Source: Planctomycetota bacterium (lineage in GTDB: Bacteria > Planctomycetota > UBA8742 > UBA2392). Taken from it: a stretch of 64,000 nt of DNA. The translations under genes were made by a program, and so were the position numbers. Position 1 is the stretch's first letter; each line of letters begins with the position of its first letter. The notes beneath the pieces were generated by a model. The model had not been told where the DNA came from. It searched no databases and saw only the letters and a program-made list of their open reading frames with translations. Below, piece after piece: positions 35,470 to 44,337 of this stretch. The stretch covers positions 5,829 through 69,828 of the forward strand of contig JAGQRE010000002.1 of NCBI GenBank assembly GCA_020425695.1, given 5' to 3'.

Positions 35470-36873
35470 TCATGCCACCGGCAGAACCGATAGCACGTCC
35501 AAGTCTGGTGGTGTCCACCAAGCCTTTCTTGAAATCACTTCCATCCGTCCGTTCTTGTTGACATCGAACGCTGACCACCTCCCCTCCCAACCCGCTAGCG
35601 AGAGGAACACCGCCGTGCAGAGCTTGCTGAGTTCGCAATACCGCCGCATCAACTCATCGAACGGAACGCCGGATACTCCTTCGTGAACCATGCGGTTCCT
35701 GAACTCTGTCAGCGAGTTGACTGACTTTCGGTGACCTAGAACGCTGCGGAGCATCCGGTTCACGCTCCCAGCGAAGTCTCGCGAAACGCTTGAGATCGGC
35801 ACGCCGTCGAATGCACTCAGCCACTGCGCCTTCACGCATTCGAGGAAGACAAACCCGTTCAGAAAACCCTGCTCCAGAGGGCTCATGTTCTTGTGTCGGT
35901 GGAACCAGCCTGAGATTGCCGCAAAGTTGAATCCGGATTCGAGCAGATGCTCGACTCTCGGCCAGCACTCCGCCAGCACGGGCGCGAGAGTGGACTCGCT
36001 GTTCGCTAGAGGGATGGAGTCGATGCACCAATCATCTGGCATCGTGTCATCGTCGCGGAACAGGCAGAAGCGGGCATCGTCTAGCCCATGCTCTGCCGGG
36101 GACAGGTGGGTGCAAAGTTTGGGCTGCAATCCAGTCGCCGCCCGCAGCAGGCCCGCCAAGGCGACATAGGCGCGTTGGAGTTTGTCCCACTCCTTGTATG
36201 TGCCGTTAGGTAGCATTAGGTAGTGGTCCGGGTATGTCACGTAGTCCGGTTCGGGCAGAGGTTCGTCGCGAACTTTGTTGACGAACTCGCGCATGGCTTC
36301 GGCATGTGGGACCGAATCACCGGGAAACGTTCGAAACAGGCCCTCCTTGCCCTGCATCTGGATGCGGTACGCTCGCATCGTAACCCACGGGGCATCGTCG
36401 TCGTCCAGTTCAGTTTCCGGTCTAGTCGATACCTGAAAGGTGGAGAACAGCAGATCGTCAAAGGCAAAGCCATCGCCCCATACTCGCTGGCCCATCTCCT
36501 GCCCCTTCTTCGAGTAAACACGAGCGTGAAGAGCGGGCAGCGGACGAAGGTCAATGGTCCTGCCGTTCATGGGCAGACCGTCGATCAACGAGGCTCGGAA
36601 AGGCAGAAGAGTGTGTTGCCCGGTCGTATCCCCAACTTCGTCACGAACGATGTACTTCGTCTGAGTGTCGCCCGGAGCATGAAACGAGTTCTTGCCCGAC
36701 AAGATTTCCGCTTCAACGGCGACCAGAGCCTGAAAGGGCTCGGCTGGGAGAAACGAACGAAACCGCAGAATGATGTTCGTTATGTACTTGTCTTCGTTCT
36801 CGTTGAAAAGCGAGACGCCCTCAAAGCGAAGCCCCGTTTCGATAGGCGTGTGGTAGTTCTTGTCGAGTCTCAA
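35470..36873 (-). CDS. hypothetical protein with C-terminal HEPN-like R-x4-H motif (ApeA/Abi-like candidate)
   Basis: 467 aa. The C-terminal helical region has SVNSLTEFRNRMVHEGVSG (RNxxxH, the Rx4-6H HEPN signature). The N-terminal ~300 aa are unrecognised. TTG start, so the start is uncertain. Confidence 0.55.
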   Translation of the reverse strand: MRLDKNYHTPIETGLRFEGVSLFNENEDKYITNIILRFRSFLPAEPFQALVAVEAEILSGKNSFHAPGDTQTKYIVRDEVGDTTGQHTLLPFRASLIDGLPMNGRTIDLRPLPALHARVYSKKGQEMGQRVWGDGFAFDDLLFSTFQVSTRPETELDDDDAPWVTMRAYRIQMQGKEGLFRTFPGDSVPHAEAMREFVNKVRDEPLPEPDYVTYPDHYLMLPNGTYKEWDKLQRAYVALAGLLRAATGLQPKLCTHLSPAEHGLDDARFCLFRDDDTMPDDWCIDSIPLANSESTLAPVLAECWPRVEHLLESGFNFAAISGWFHRHKNMSPLEQGFLNGFVFLECVKAQWLSAFDGVPISSVSRDFAGSVNRMLRSVLGHRKSVNSLTEFRNRMVHEGVSGVPFDELMRRYCELSKLCTAVFLSLAGWEGRWSAFDVNKNGRMEVISRKAWWTPPDLDVLSVLPVA

Positions 36874-37318
36874 GGCCTAGCTCCAGCTTCTGACGCACGG
36901 GTTGTCCAACGTGACTCCGAGCCCTGATGGCTCTCCATGTTGAACGCTGTTGGGTTTCGTCCGCACCAAGATTGTACATGCTCTTGCGACAGACCAGCGA
37001 TGAGCGAAAGCGGTTTCACGTAGCTGGATTTGGGGGAGGGGGGTGAGCGCAACTGGGGGGAGGGGTTGCCTTTGCCTTCACTGTAGTTACTAGTGAGCGG
37101 AGCGATCATTCCCACGCAAGTGAGCGGAGCGAGCGCAGCGTGGCGCGTGTCTCTCACCGGGTTTTAATCGGCCAGTATGTTATTCAGTGCTTTTACTTAG
37201 CCTGCCAATCGGAATGTGGCGTCTGCTGTTTGGACATTTCCGGACTACCAAATGGAACGACTTGGCTGCTCAATGGAATTCCATCCAGTAGGCAAATCTC
37301 ACCAAACAGCAGCCATTT

Positions 37319-38101
37319 CTAAAGATCATCGAAGTCAGGAATCTGGACTTCCTTGAGTGCATTGCGATGGGCGAAGTGGCTTAGTGGCCAGAGATTCGTC
37401 GGATACTTGTGTCCATCATAGGTGACTCCAGAGATCAGCCCCAACTCTTTGAGTGTAAGGATGGAGCGCGTCACGGTCTCGTGCTTGAGGTTCAGGATGC
37501 GAGCGATCCGATTAGGCGTACCGACAAACATGTGACCGGAACGAACGATTCGCGAGTACACGAGAAGGTCAACGACCCACGTGCGAGCGTTGTTCTCGCG
37601 AAGCAGGGGAATCAAGTGCAGGAAGACGGGAACGAACGCCAAGTGCTTCCCAGCCTTTCGGGTCAGGTCCTTGCCGGTCTTGGGTGAGTGTGGCCTGAGT
37701 ATCCGCTTGCTTCCCTTCACGATCTCCCGCAGGACACCCACTTCGACTAGCTCCTTCTTGGCCCGTCGAACCGTCTCGTGCGTCATGCCAAGAATGCTGG
37801 AAGCTCGACGGTCGCCGAAGTACCAGTTTTTGGGCTTCTTATTCCTTGGAAACGAGAACGTGAAGATATGGGCAAAGAGCAGCTTCGACGAGGGACGGAG
37901 TCTAGCCATGCAAACCGCCAGCGGCAAACGTAAGAAGCGTAGGTAGAACCCATCGTCCGTAAACTCCCACGGGTTGAACAGCACGGAGTCGCTGAACCAC
38001 TTCTCGTGGGGCCGCACTCGGTTTTTCAGTTCCTCAAGCCACCACTCCGGTGTCGTACTCTTGGGCGGCTCTACGGACTGGGCGTTAGCGGTTTCTCCCA
38101 T
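37319..38101 (-). CDS. two-winged-helix DNA-binding protein (plasmid Rep-like or regulator)
   Basis: Two HTH-like units are present: ASSILGMTHETVRRAKKELVEVGVLREI and IARILNLKHETVTRSILTLKELGLISGV. Strong SD gaaggag before the ATG. Confidence 0.55.
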   Translation of the reverse strand: MGETANAQSVEPPKSTTPEWWLEELKNRVRPHEKWFSDSVLFNPWEFTDDGFYLRFLRLPLAVCMARLRPSSKLLFAHIFTFSFPRNKKPKNWYFGDRRASSILGMTHETVRRAKKELVEVGVLREIVKGSKRILRPHSPKTGKDLTRKAGKHLAFVPVFLHLIPLLRENNARTWVVDLLVYSRIVRSGHMFVGTPNRIARILNLKHETVTRSILTLKELGLISGVTYDGHKYPTNLWPLSHFAHRNALKEVQIPDFDDL

Positions 38102-38158
38102 GTCAGAACTCCTTCACCGGGACAGGACACAGCAAAGAATAGTCAACAATCAAAGAAG

Positions 38159-38182
38159 AAGGCCGCCCCGAAGGACGGCCTT
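38159..38182 (-). terminator. intrinsic terminator after the 73-aa gene
   Basis: On the - strand: aaggccg-tccttcgggg-cggcctt followed by cttctttg. Confidence 0.5.
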
Positions 38183-38456
38183 TGTAGTTCTGCCTCGATT
38201 GTCGCCTGCTCATGTCCGAACCGAATCACAAATGAACCCGCGCAGCGCTGATTGTCGAGGTCAGCGTAGTACGGCGAGTCTGCGCGGGTGACTTCTGTAA
38301 GTTTGTAGCCAACCTCGACGGGCGTATTCTATGCGTTGAGGCCGGATGTTCCTAACAAAAAAGAAGATTGGGTGGCTGGACACTGACCGAGCAAATTCAC
38401 GTACGTGTCTCTCTAGCTAGGAAATGGCACCGGAGTGACTTCCAGTTTGCTCGCAC

Positions 38457-38678
38457 TCATGGACGGACCCTAGAAACTTCAACCTGCTCTCCGCGTTCAG
38501 CCTCGACAACCATCATGCCCGGATTGGCGTTTCGAAAGATCAACTCCGCATCGAATTTGGAACGCGCTACGACCTTCACTTGTTTCGGCCTGCGGGCCGA
38601 CTGTTTCTTGAGTTTGCCCTTCGTCCTTCGGCGATGAGGGCGAACCGTAAGTGTGTAAAGATGGTACTTTCGAGGCAT
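38457..38678 (-). CDS. small basic protein (hypothetical)
   Basis: 73 aa with a Lys/Arg-rich N-terminal half (RPHRRRTKGKLKKQSARRPKQVK). Tightly packed after the 86-aa ORF. Confidence 0.4.
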   Translation of the reverse strand: MPRKYHLYTLTVRPHRRRTKGKLKKQSARRPKQVKVVARSKFDAELIFRNANPGMMVVEAERGEQVEVSRVRP

Positions 38679-38692
38679 CGGAGTTCGTCCCG

Positions 38693-38953
38693 CTACTGTC
38701 TATTCGCTCGTTCGCACAGCGTTTGCCCCTCTTCCTCTCGCGCCATCCTCTGCGCCAACTTCACGGCCTCATCGAACTCCGCGTCGCTGCCTTCGAGAAC
38801 TTCCAGCACGGCTTCACCCTTGTCGTTGATGATGCGGTACCCGATCCAGCCGAATTCGGCGGACTCCTTGAAGGTCTGGATCGTGAACTTCCCAACTTGT
38901 TTTTCGTTGGTCGTTAGGCGTCCACTGGGTCGTGAAGTTCTGTAGGTAGGCAT
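38693..38953 (-). CDS. hypothetical small protein
   Basis: 86-aa ORF with coding-like composition. Same strand and tight spacing with its neighbours. Confidence 0.45.
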   Translation of the reverse strand: MPTYRTSRPSGRLTTNEKQVGKFTIQTFKESAEFGWIGYRIINDKGEAVLEVLEGSDAEFDEAVKLAQRMAREEEGQTLCERANRQ

Positions 38954-39022
38954 CGCTTATTCGCTTTCTGCGGGAGAACCCCGCGACGCCATTGTACCAA
39001 CGCCAGACGAAATCGCTTTCGT

Positions 39023-40432
39023 CTACGCAGCACCGGGCACGACGCGGCGCTGTTTGTTGTATTGGCTGGCGTATTTCAGCCCGTGCCCCTCCTTGCTGGC
39101 AAACGAGTCGCCTAACGCAGGCAGGTACAGCTTCTTCGCGCACTCGCCCGTCTCGGGACACAAGAACTGCCATTCGACTCCACCGTTCGGAAGCTCCTTT
39201 GGAGTAAACTGAATGCGCTGAATCTTGGACCGCTTGGAGGACTGTGGCTCAGTGCGTGCCTCACCGAAGCGGAGGGCTGCATCACCAAGCACGTCTGGTT
39301 CTTCAACAACCTCGACGCTGTAGCCGAGGCCCAACTCCGGCTGTTCATTCGACGAGTTGTCCCACTGATAGTTGATCGTGAAGCTCTGACCACTTCCCTC
39401 ATCCATCCAGACAAACTGTCCTTGATGCTCGCGTTTGTTGAACAGCCCACGCTGCCTAAGCATGTCGAGCGTGAGGCACAGGCTGTCCTCGACCAATCGG
39501 GCTCGGGGCCGCCCCTTGAAACGACCGCTGCCAAGCCGCGTCGTCTGATGGCTGGGAAGCTTGCCAGCACGCTTCCCGCTCTTGGTCTTGGGCTTACGTT
39601 TGGATTTCTTGGCGGGCTTCGTGGTACGCTGCTTGCACCTTTTCTCAGCCGACTTTTTTGCGAACCCGGCGTCTAAGTCATCGTCACCCAAGTCCACCGC
39701 TGGATCGAAGCGAGCCTCACCGACTGGCATGTTGCCCAAAGAGGCATTGACGACCAAGCGTTGCCAGTCATCAGGGAAACACTCCGCGAAGTGCGGACAG
39801 TCAAGTAGGGTCTCCGGGATCGGGAAGCCTTCCCACTCCTTCTCCAGTTCTTTGAAGGGGACGGAACCGTTCAGGTACCGACCTAACGCTTTCAGACGAT
39901 GATCGGCGATGTGGTTCTTGAGCAGGTAGTCGGCCAGTTGCCTGCGCTTCTTGTGGGCTATGCTCTTGTGATGCGGTCTGGTTGTGATGGGGACGCTCTC
40001 CCACTCAGAGTAGTCGATTCCGTCGTCGGTGGCTTGTTGCGCCTCGTAGCTCGCCCACGAAGCCCCCGCTTTGCGCTCCTCGACAGATAGGCGCGTACAC
40101 TCAACGACGAAGTTCTCGAAGCTCCTCATCGCGTTATTGAGGCTGTCGGTGATGCGCAGTAGCTCGCCAGTGGATGTCGGCCCACCGTGTTCGCCGCCCT
40201 GCTTGATGCGCCAGTCTTTGCTCAAGTCGGCTGTGACTCCATCAAGAGCCTTGCCGACTTTCTCGTAGTCCGCCAAAAGGCGCTGCAACATCAGGGACGC
40301 CGCACCTGCGAGCTTGCCTTCGCGAATGTGCTGTTCTAACCGACTGAGCAGAAGGACTACGACGTTCGCTTGGAAGTCCTCGTCCTTCATCGCCATCTTG
40401 ATGGCTTCCGCGAGTGTGTCGGCGTCAAACAT
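39023..40432 (-). CDS. hypothetical protein with Lys-rich linker and degenerate ribbon-like C-terminus
   Basis: 469 aa with a helical N-terminal half. Linker KKSAEKRCKQRTTKPAKKSKRKPKTKSGKRAGK. C-terminus WQFLCPETGECAKKLYLPALGDSFASKEGHGLKYASQ. Confidence 0.55.
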   Translation of the reverse strand: MFDADTLAEAIKMAMKDEDFQANVVVLLLSRLEQHIREGKLAGAASLMLQRLLADYEKVGKALDGVTADLSKDWRIKQGGEHGGPTSTGELLRITDSLNNAMRSFENFVVECTRLSVEERKAGASWASYEAQQATDDGIDYSEWESVPITTRPHHKSIAHKKRRQLADYLLKNHIADHRLKALGRYLNGSVPFKELEKEWEGFPIPETLLDCPHFAECFPDDWQRLVVNASLGNMPVGEARFDPAVDLGDDDLDAGFAKKSAEKRCKQRTTKPAKKSKRKPKTKSGKRAGKLPSHQTTRLGSGRFKGRPRARLVEDSLCLTLDMLRQRGLFNKREHQGQFVWMDEGSGQSFTINYQWDNSSNEQPELGLGYSVEVVEEPDVLGDAALRFGEARTEPQSSKRSKIQRIQFTPKELPNGGVEWQFLCPETGECAKKLYLPALGDSFASKEGHGLKYASQYNKQRRVVPGAA

Positions 40433-40600
40433 GGCCTATCTCTGCTAGTGCGATGCGGGTTCGAGTTCGCTTGAACCGCAGTCCATTTGACCGGGCAACC
40501 GCGCGTGAGGTCAACTAGTCAAGAAAGGCTGGGTCAACGGGACGAACCTCATCATGCGGGAGTGCTCCAGTTGTGGGGCGAAATCGCTTTCGTTTGGGTA

Positions 40601-40936
40601 CTACTGGTGGGTCGGCTGGCCCGCGTCCTCGAAATCGGTGTGCTCTGTGACCCACGCGGCGATGCCGGGGATCACCCAGAACGTGTAAATGCCGAGCGTG
40701 ATGACCATCAGCGCGAACTGCTTGATCCAGAGACCGAGCATGTCGAACCCATTGCCGACGAACTTGAGGCGACGCCCATCGATGTAAGTGTGCTTAGCTC
40801 GCCATTTGTAGTACATGCAGGCAGCCCACGGGTATCCGATACCTAGCGTAAACAGCGTGAGAAGAAAGGCTCCGATTCCCGTCCCCAAGAACGTGGCCGC
40901 GCCACCGTCGAACGTGAAGTGCTTGCTCTTGCCCAT
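40601..40936 (-). CDS. small 3-TM membrane protein (DUF898/YjgN-like pattern)
   Basis: FLLTLFTLGIGYPWAACMYYKWRAKHTYIDGRRLKFVG and VITLGIYTFWV resemble the YjgN repeat. Strong SD aaggag 7 nt before the ATG. Confidence 0.55.
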   Translation of the reverse strand: MGKSKHFTFDGGAATFLGTGIGAFLLTLFTLGIGYPWAACMYYKWRAKHTYIDGRRLKFVGNGFDMLGLWIKQFALMVITLGIYTFWVIPGIAAWVTEHTDFEDAGQPTHQ

Positions 40937-41001
40937 TGGTCGCTCCTTGTGAGTTGAGAGTTTGAGTTGAGAGTTTGAGGTGAAGACTCGTGTGGCGGCT
41001 G

Positions 41002-42513
41002 CTAGTCGCCGTACCGCACAGTGGCGTCTCGCACGGGATCAGGCACGGACGCTGTACCCTGAACGTCGTTTAGGACGATGAGGTCCACTGAGCCATCCGA
41101 ATCGACATCCGACGCCCTGATGTCCTTGGGCCGGGCTCCCGCTGCATAGTTGACCCCGGACCCAAAGCTGAGCGGACCAGTGCTCAAGAACACGGTGAGG
41201 CTGTCATCGTCTGTCCAGTGGGTAACTGCGAGGTCCGGAACACCGTCGTTGGTTAGGTCTTTGCCCACGATCCCGTAAGCGCCGTGAGCCAACGTCAGAG
41301 ACGAATTGAAGGTGAAACCGCCTGTGCCGTTTCCTGTGAAGAGCCCAATGCTCGCGTTGGCATTCGCGGTGGCGACATCGATCTTGTTGTCACCGTTGAA
41401 GTCCGCAGCAGCCAAGTCTCGCGACGAGACTCCGGTGCCAAGGTTCGTAACTGTTGGAACGGCTAGCCAAGTGCTGTTAGCAGATGTCGCTCGCAGAACA
41501 TGCAAGCGCGAGTCCCCCGCCCCACCGTCATACTCCAGTGCCAGAACCGCCGCGTCGCCGCCAGCTTGCAACTGGCAGAAGTAGAGTTGAAGTCGGTTCG
41601 ATTGCCCCACGGACCGCGATGGGGCGGCAGTGAACTGGCCGGAGCCGTTGTTGCGATAGACGGTGATTTGCGAGCTACCCTGAGGTGCCGCGAACGTCCA
41701 AGAGCCCACGATGATGTCGGGGTAGCCGTCGCTGGTTACATCGCCAATGGTCACGCTGTGTGTGTTGCCACTTAGCCACCCAAGGATCGTGCCGGTGAAC
41801 CCGCTACCGGTGTTCTGAAAGTAATACAGTCCTTGGAGCCCTCCCGGTGAGGACAGTCCAATGGCTACTACGTCCAGCAAGCTATCGCCGTTGAGGTGGC
41901 CTGAAGCCAGTTCGTACATCGGTCCTGAACCGACGATGGTGTAGTTGGCAGGTGCGGCGAACGTGCGCGAGCCGGTATTAGTCGTCAGTGTGATGCCTTG
42001 AATCGATGGTCCCGATCTCGCCGTCACGATGTCGGGCTTGCCGTCAGTCCCGAAATCCGATACGGCCAAGTCGGCTGCGTTCTGGCCGATAGCGCAGGTC
42101 GATGAAGCACTGAACGTACCGGGCGTGGTCTGAGGCGGTGCCGGTTGAACGAACAGGATGAAGTTGCCGGTGTCCATCTGCGTGCCGCTGTCGAACACCG
42201 TGACGGAGAACGAGTGGTTGCCGGTGGTCGTCGGTGTTCCGGAGAGAACACCAGAGGCGCTCAGAGCGAGGCCAGTTGGAAGCGTTCCCGTGGCGGACCA
42301 CGTGAAGGGTGATGTCCCGCCAGAAGCTTGGAAGTTGAACGTGTAGGCAACGCCTTCGTCGCCGTCTGGAACGGTCGAGGTATCGAGTGTCAACGCAAGC
42401 GGTGGCGTACTCCCGCCGCCCGACGAGCCACCTCCACCACCGTCCTTGCTGTCGTCACATGCTCCAAGCACAACAAGCGTCAGCAAGACGAACAGAATCA
42501 GCACATACTTCAT
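41002..42513 (-). CDS. lipoprotein with Ig-like (cadherin/dystroglycan-type) domain and FG-GAP/VCBS beta-propeller repeats
   Basis: Start taken at the internal Met MKYVLILFVLLTLVVLGAC (lipobox). SGGTSPFTWSATGTLPTGLALSASGVLSGTPT is the Ig-like unit. Six D.(N/S/T)(G/S)DG..D repeats are present (DFGTDGKPDIV, DVTSDGYPDII, DFNGDNKIDVA, DLTNDGVPDLA, DVDSDGSVDLI). Confidence 0.8.
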   Translation of the reverse strand: MKYVLILFVLLTLVVLGACDDSKDGGGGGSSGGGSTPPLALTLDTSTVPDGDEGVAYTFNFQASGGTSPFTWSATGTLPTGLALSASGVLSGTPTTTGNHSFSVTVFDSGTQMDTGNFILFVQPAPPQTTPGTFSASSTCAIGQNAADLAVSDFGTDGKPDIVTARSGPSIQGITLTTNTGSRTFAAPANYTIVGSGPMYELASGHLNGDSLLDVVAIGLSSPGGLQGLYYFQNTGSGFTGTILGWLSGNTHSVTIGDVTSDGYPDIIVGSWTFAAPQGSSQITVYRNNGSGQFTAAPSRSVGQSNRLQLYFCQLQAGGDAAVLALEYDGGAGDSRLHVLRATSANSTWLAVPTVTNLGTGVSSRDLAAADFNGDNKIDVATANANASIGLFTGNGTGGFTFNSSLTLAHGAYGIVGKDLTNDGVPDLAVTHWTDDDSLTVFLSTGPLSFGSGVNYAAGARPKDIRASDVDSDGSVDLIVLNDVQGTASVPDPVRDATVRYGD

Positions 42514-43001
42514 GGTTCCCTCTTCCCGTGCGCACCACGCACTACGGGAAGAAGAGTCTTCGGCGGGCTTGAGGTTACGCCAAATTGGGAGGAGACGCCC
42601 CCGTGCCGCCCACAGTACAGGCTCCGCCAGAAGCCCTTCCAACGAGCAGACAGCAAGGACGCCCCCAAACGGGGGCGTCTCTCGCGTCTACGGCGTTGAA
42701 ATCATTGAATCTGGCGGATTCGTACTGTGCCGCAGATGCGTAAGACGCATCCAAAGGTTGTTACTTGCCCAAGCAGCTACACTGCTGCTCCTGTTTCTGG
42801 TCTCCTAAAGCCCTCAGCGCGTCGCTGTTGCAAATCCGCGCCCGTGGGCGACCTCCGTATCATACCAGCGGTTCTGGAGCGCTCAGAGGGCATTTTCCGT
42901 GGCGAGCACATGCCTGCGGAGGTTTATTTTCAGGGGTTCCAGAGGATTTCGGCATCCGTGCCTGTTAGGTTTGCGATTGCTCCGCTGGAAGCCCGTCTCA
43001 C

Positions 43002-43138
43002 GTGCAGACGGCAAGGACGCTTCGAGGATCACCTTGAAGCGTCCATTCCGGTTTAACTGTGCAGACGATTCTGGCCACAACACGGCATTCCGGTTTAAAT
43101 CGGCATCTCGTTCGGGCAGAAAACGCCATTCCGGTTAA
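43002..43138. repeat. iteron-like direct repeats
   Basis: cattccggtttaa occurs at 43044 and 43086, and cattccggttaa at 43127 (spacing 42 and 41 bp). The first and third copies are followed within 2-3 nt by gtgcagacg (43059) and gtgcaagcg (43140); a further gtgcagacg lies at 43002. Non-coding gap between ardC and the FG-GAP gene. Confidence 0.6.
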
Positions 43139-43204
43139 AGTGTGCAAGCGCTTTCGTGCCCCGAATCGAGTCGCGCCGCGAAAGCGCTTTCGCGAGGGCA
43201 GGGC

Positions 43205-44098
43205 TTATGCCGCCCTCTTGAGCATCGCTTCTGGAGCCGCCTCCGCTTCCTGACTCGATTCGTTGGCCGTGTTCAGAATGTACTCCGCAGCCTTCTGGCC
43301 TTGGGCTGCGCCGATCACCAGCGCCTTGGAGTTGCCCCTCAAGAAGGACTTCCAGTGCGCGATGTATGCCGCGTTGTTCTCGATGACCGGGCGTTCTATC
43401 CCTGCCTCAGTAGACAGGAACGAAGCGCAGAACTCGGCGACCAACTCCTCTTGGCTGTACTCGTGGCGCGTGCGGAAGGAGTCCGTCACAGCCTTGCGGT
43501 TCAACCGACTCTCGTGGCCCGTGGAGTGGCCAAGCTCGTGAAAGGCGACGTTGTAGAACTCTTCGGCGCGGTCGAAGTATCCCGGCTCCGGCAACGTGAC
43601 AGTGTCCCGACTTGGCGAGTAGAACGCCCCGTTTCCACCGTAGCTGATGCGCGGGCGTATTGGCATGTCGTCGAGGATGCACTGAGCCGACTTGATAGGA
43701 TCAAAGAGCTTGGGCTTGCGTCCGGGCAGCGCCGGGGCTTCCACTCCGTCACACTGCTCGACGTTGAACACGGTGTAGTAGCGCAGGATGAAGGACTGGC
43801 GGGTCTCGCCGGTCTCCTTGTCCTCGACCTCGATGCGCTTCCAGAACACGCATGGCCAGCCCTTCTCGCCCTTGCGCACGTTGCCTCCACACTTCTGCGC
43901 TTGCTTGTACGTGGCCCAGAAAGGCGAGCCGTAGGGAGCGCTACCAAGCAGCGCCACGTTGACGCCGCGATAGAGCTTGCCGGTCACGAGACTGGTGGGC
44001 ATGAACTCCGGTGCCGCCCAAGTCTTGCGCCACGGCGGCGTGCCCTGCTCAAGCAGGTTCAGAATCCGTTCGGTAACGATCTCGTAGACGGTAGGCAT
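43205..44098 (-). CDS. ardC: ArdC-like antirestriction protein (ssDNA-binding N-domain + zincin metallopeptidase domain)
   Basis: Internal Met start MPTVYEIVTERILNLLEQGTPPWRKTW (ArdC N-domain/DUF1738 signature). The C-terminal motif is FHELGHSTGHESRLNR. Confidence 0.85.
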   Translation of the reverse strand: MPTVYEIVTERILNLLEQGTPPWRKTWAAPEFMPTSLVTGKLYRGVNVALLGSAPYGSPFWATYKQAQKCGGNVRKGEKGWPCVFWKRIEVEDKETGETRQSFILRYYTVFNVEQCDGVEAPALPGRKPKLFDPIKSAQCILDDMPIRPRISYGGNGAFYSPSRDTVTLPEPGYFDRAEEFYNVAFHELGHSTGHESRLNRKAVTDSFRTRHEYSQEELVAEFCASFLSTEAGIERPVIENNAAYIAHWKSFLRGNSKALVIGAAQGQKAAEYILNTANESSQEAEAAPEAMLKRAA

Positions 44099-44337
44099 GG
44101 CAGTCCTCCTTTCGGACGCCGTATCAGGAAAGCCGCAAGCGCGGCACAGAGAGCGCGGCCTTTGGCAAAGTTGCTGTTCGGGATTGAGGTTCGCGGTGAG
44201 GTGTCGGGCGGGGCAAGAGTTGCCGAAGTGCCCGGTCACCTGAACCAATAGAAGTATAACCTTTATGCTGGCCGAAATCGACTGAGTCGTGGGTTTATTT
44301 TGGTATTACTTTTATTCGGAACGGCTAGAGTCAGGTC

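Noticed and set aside
38954-39025. Possible UAG read-through fusion of the 469-aa and 86-aa ORFs, which share a frame, in light of the CUA tRNA.
   Set aside because: I translated the 69-nt spacer. After the TAG it reads TKAISSGVGTMASRGSPAESE and then hits an in-frame TAA before the ATG at 38953, so suppression would add only 21 residues and not fuse the ORFs.
43142-44251. 369-aa + strand ORF over the ardC region, and a 210-aa - strand ORF at 45444-46076.
   Set aside because: The first is antisense to a clearly recognisable ArdC (PPWRKTW, HELGHSTGH). The second overlaps the 3' end of the HTH gene and reads as low-complexity sequence with no SD or motifs.
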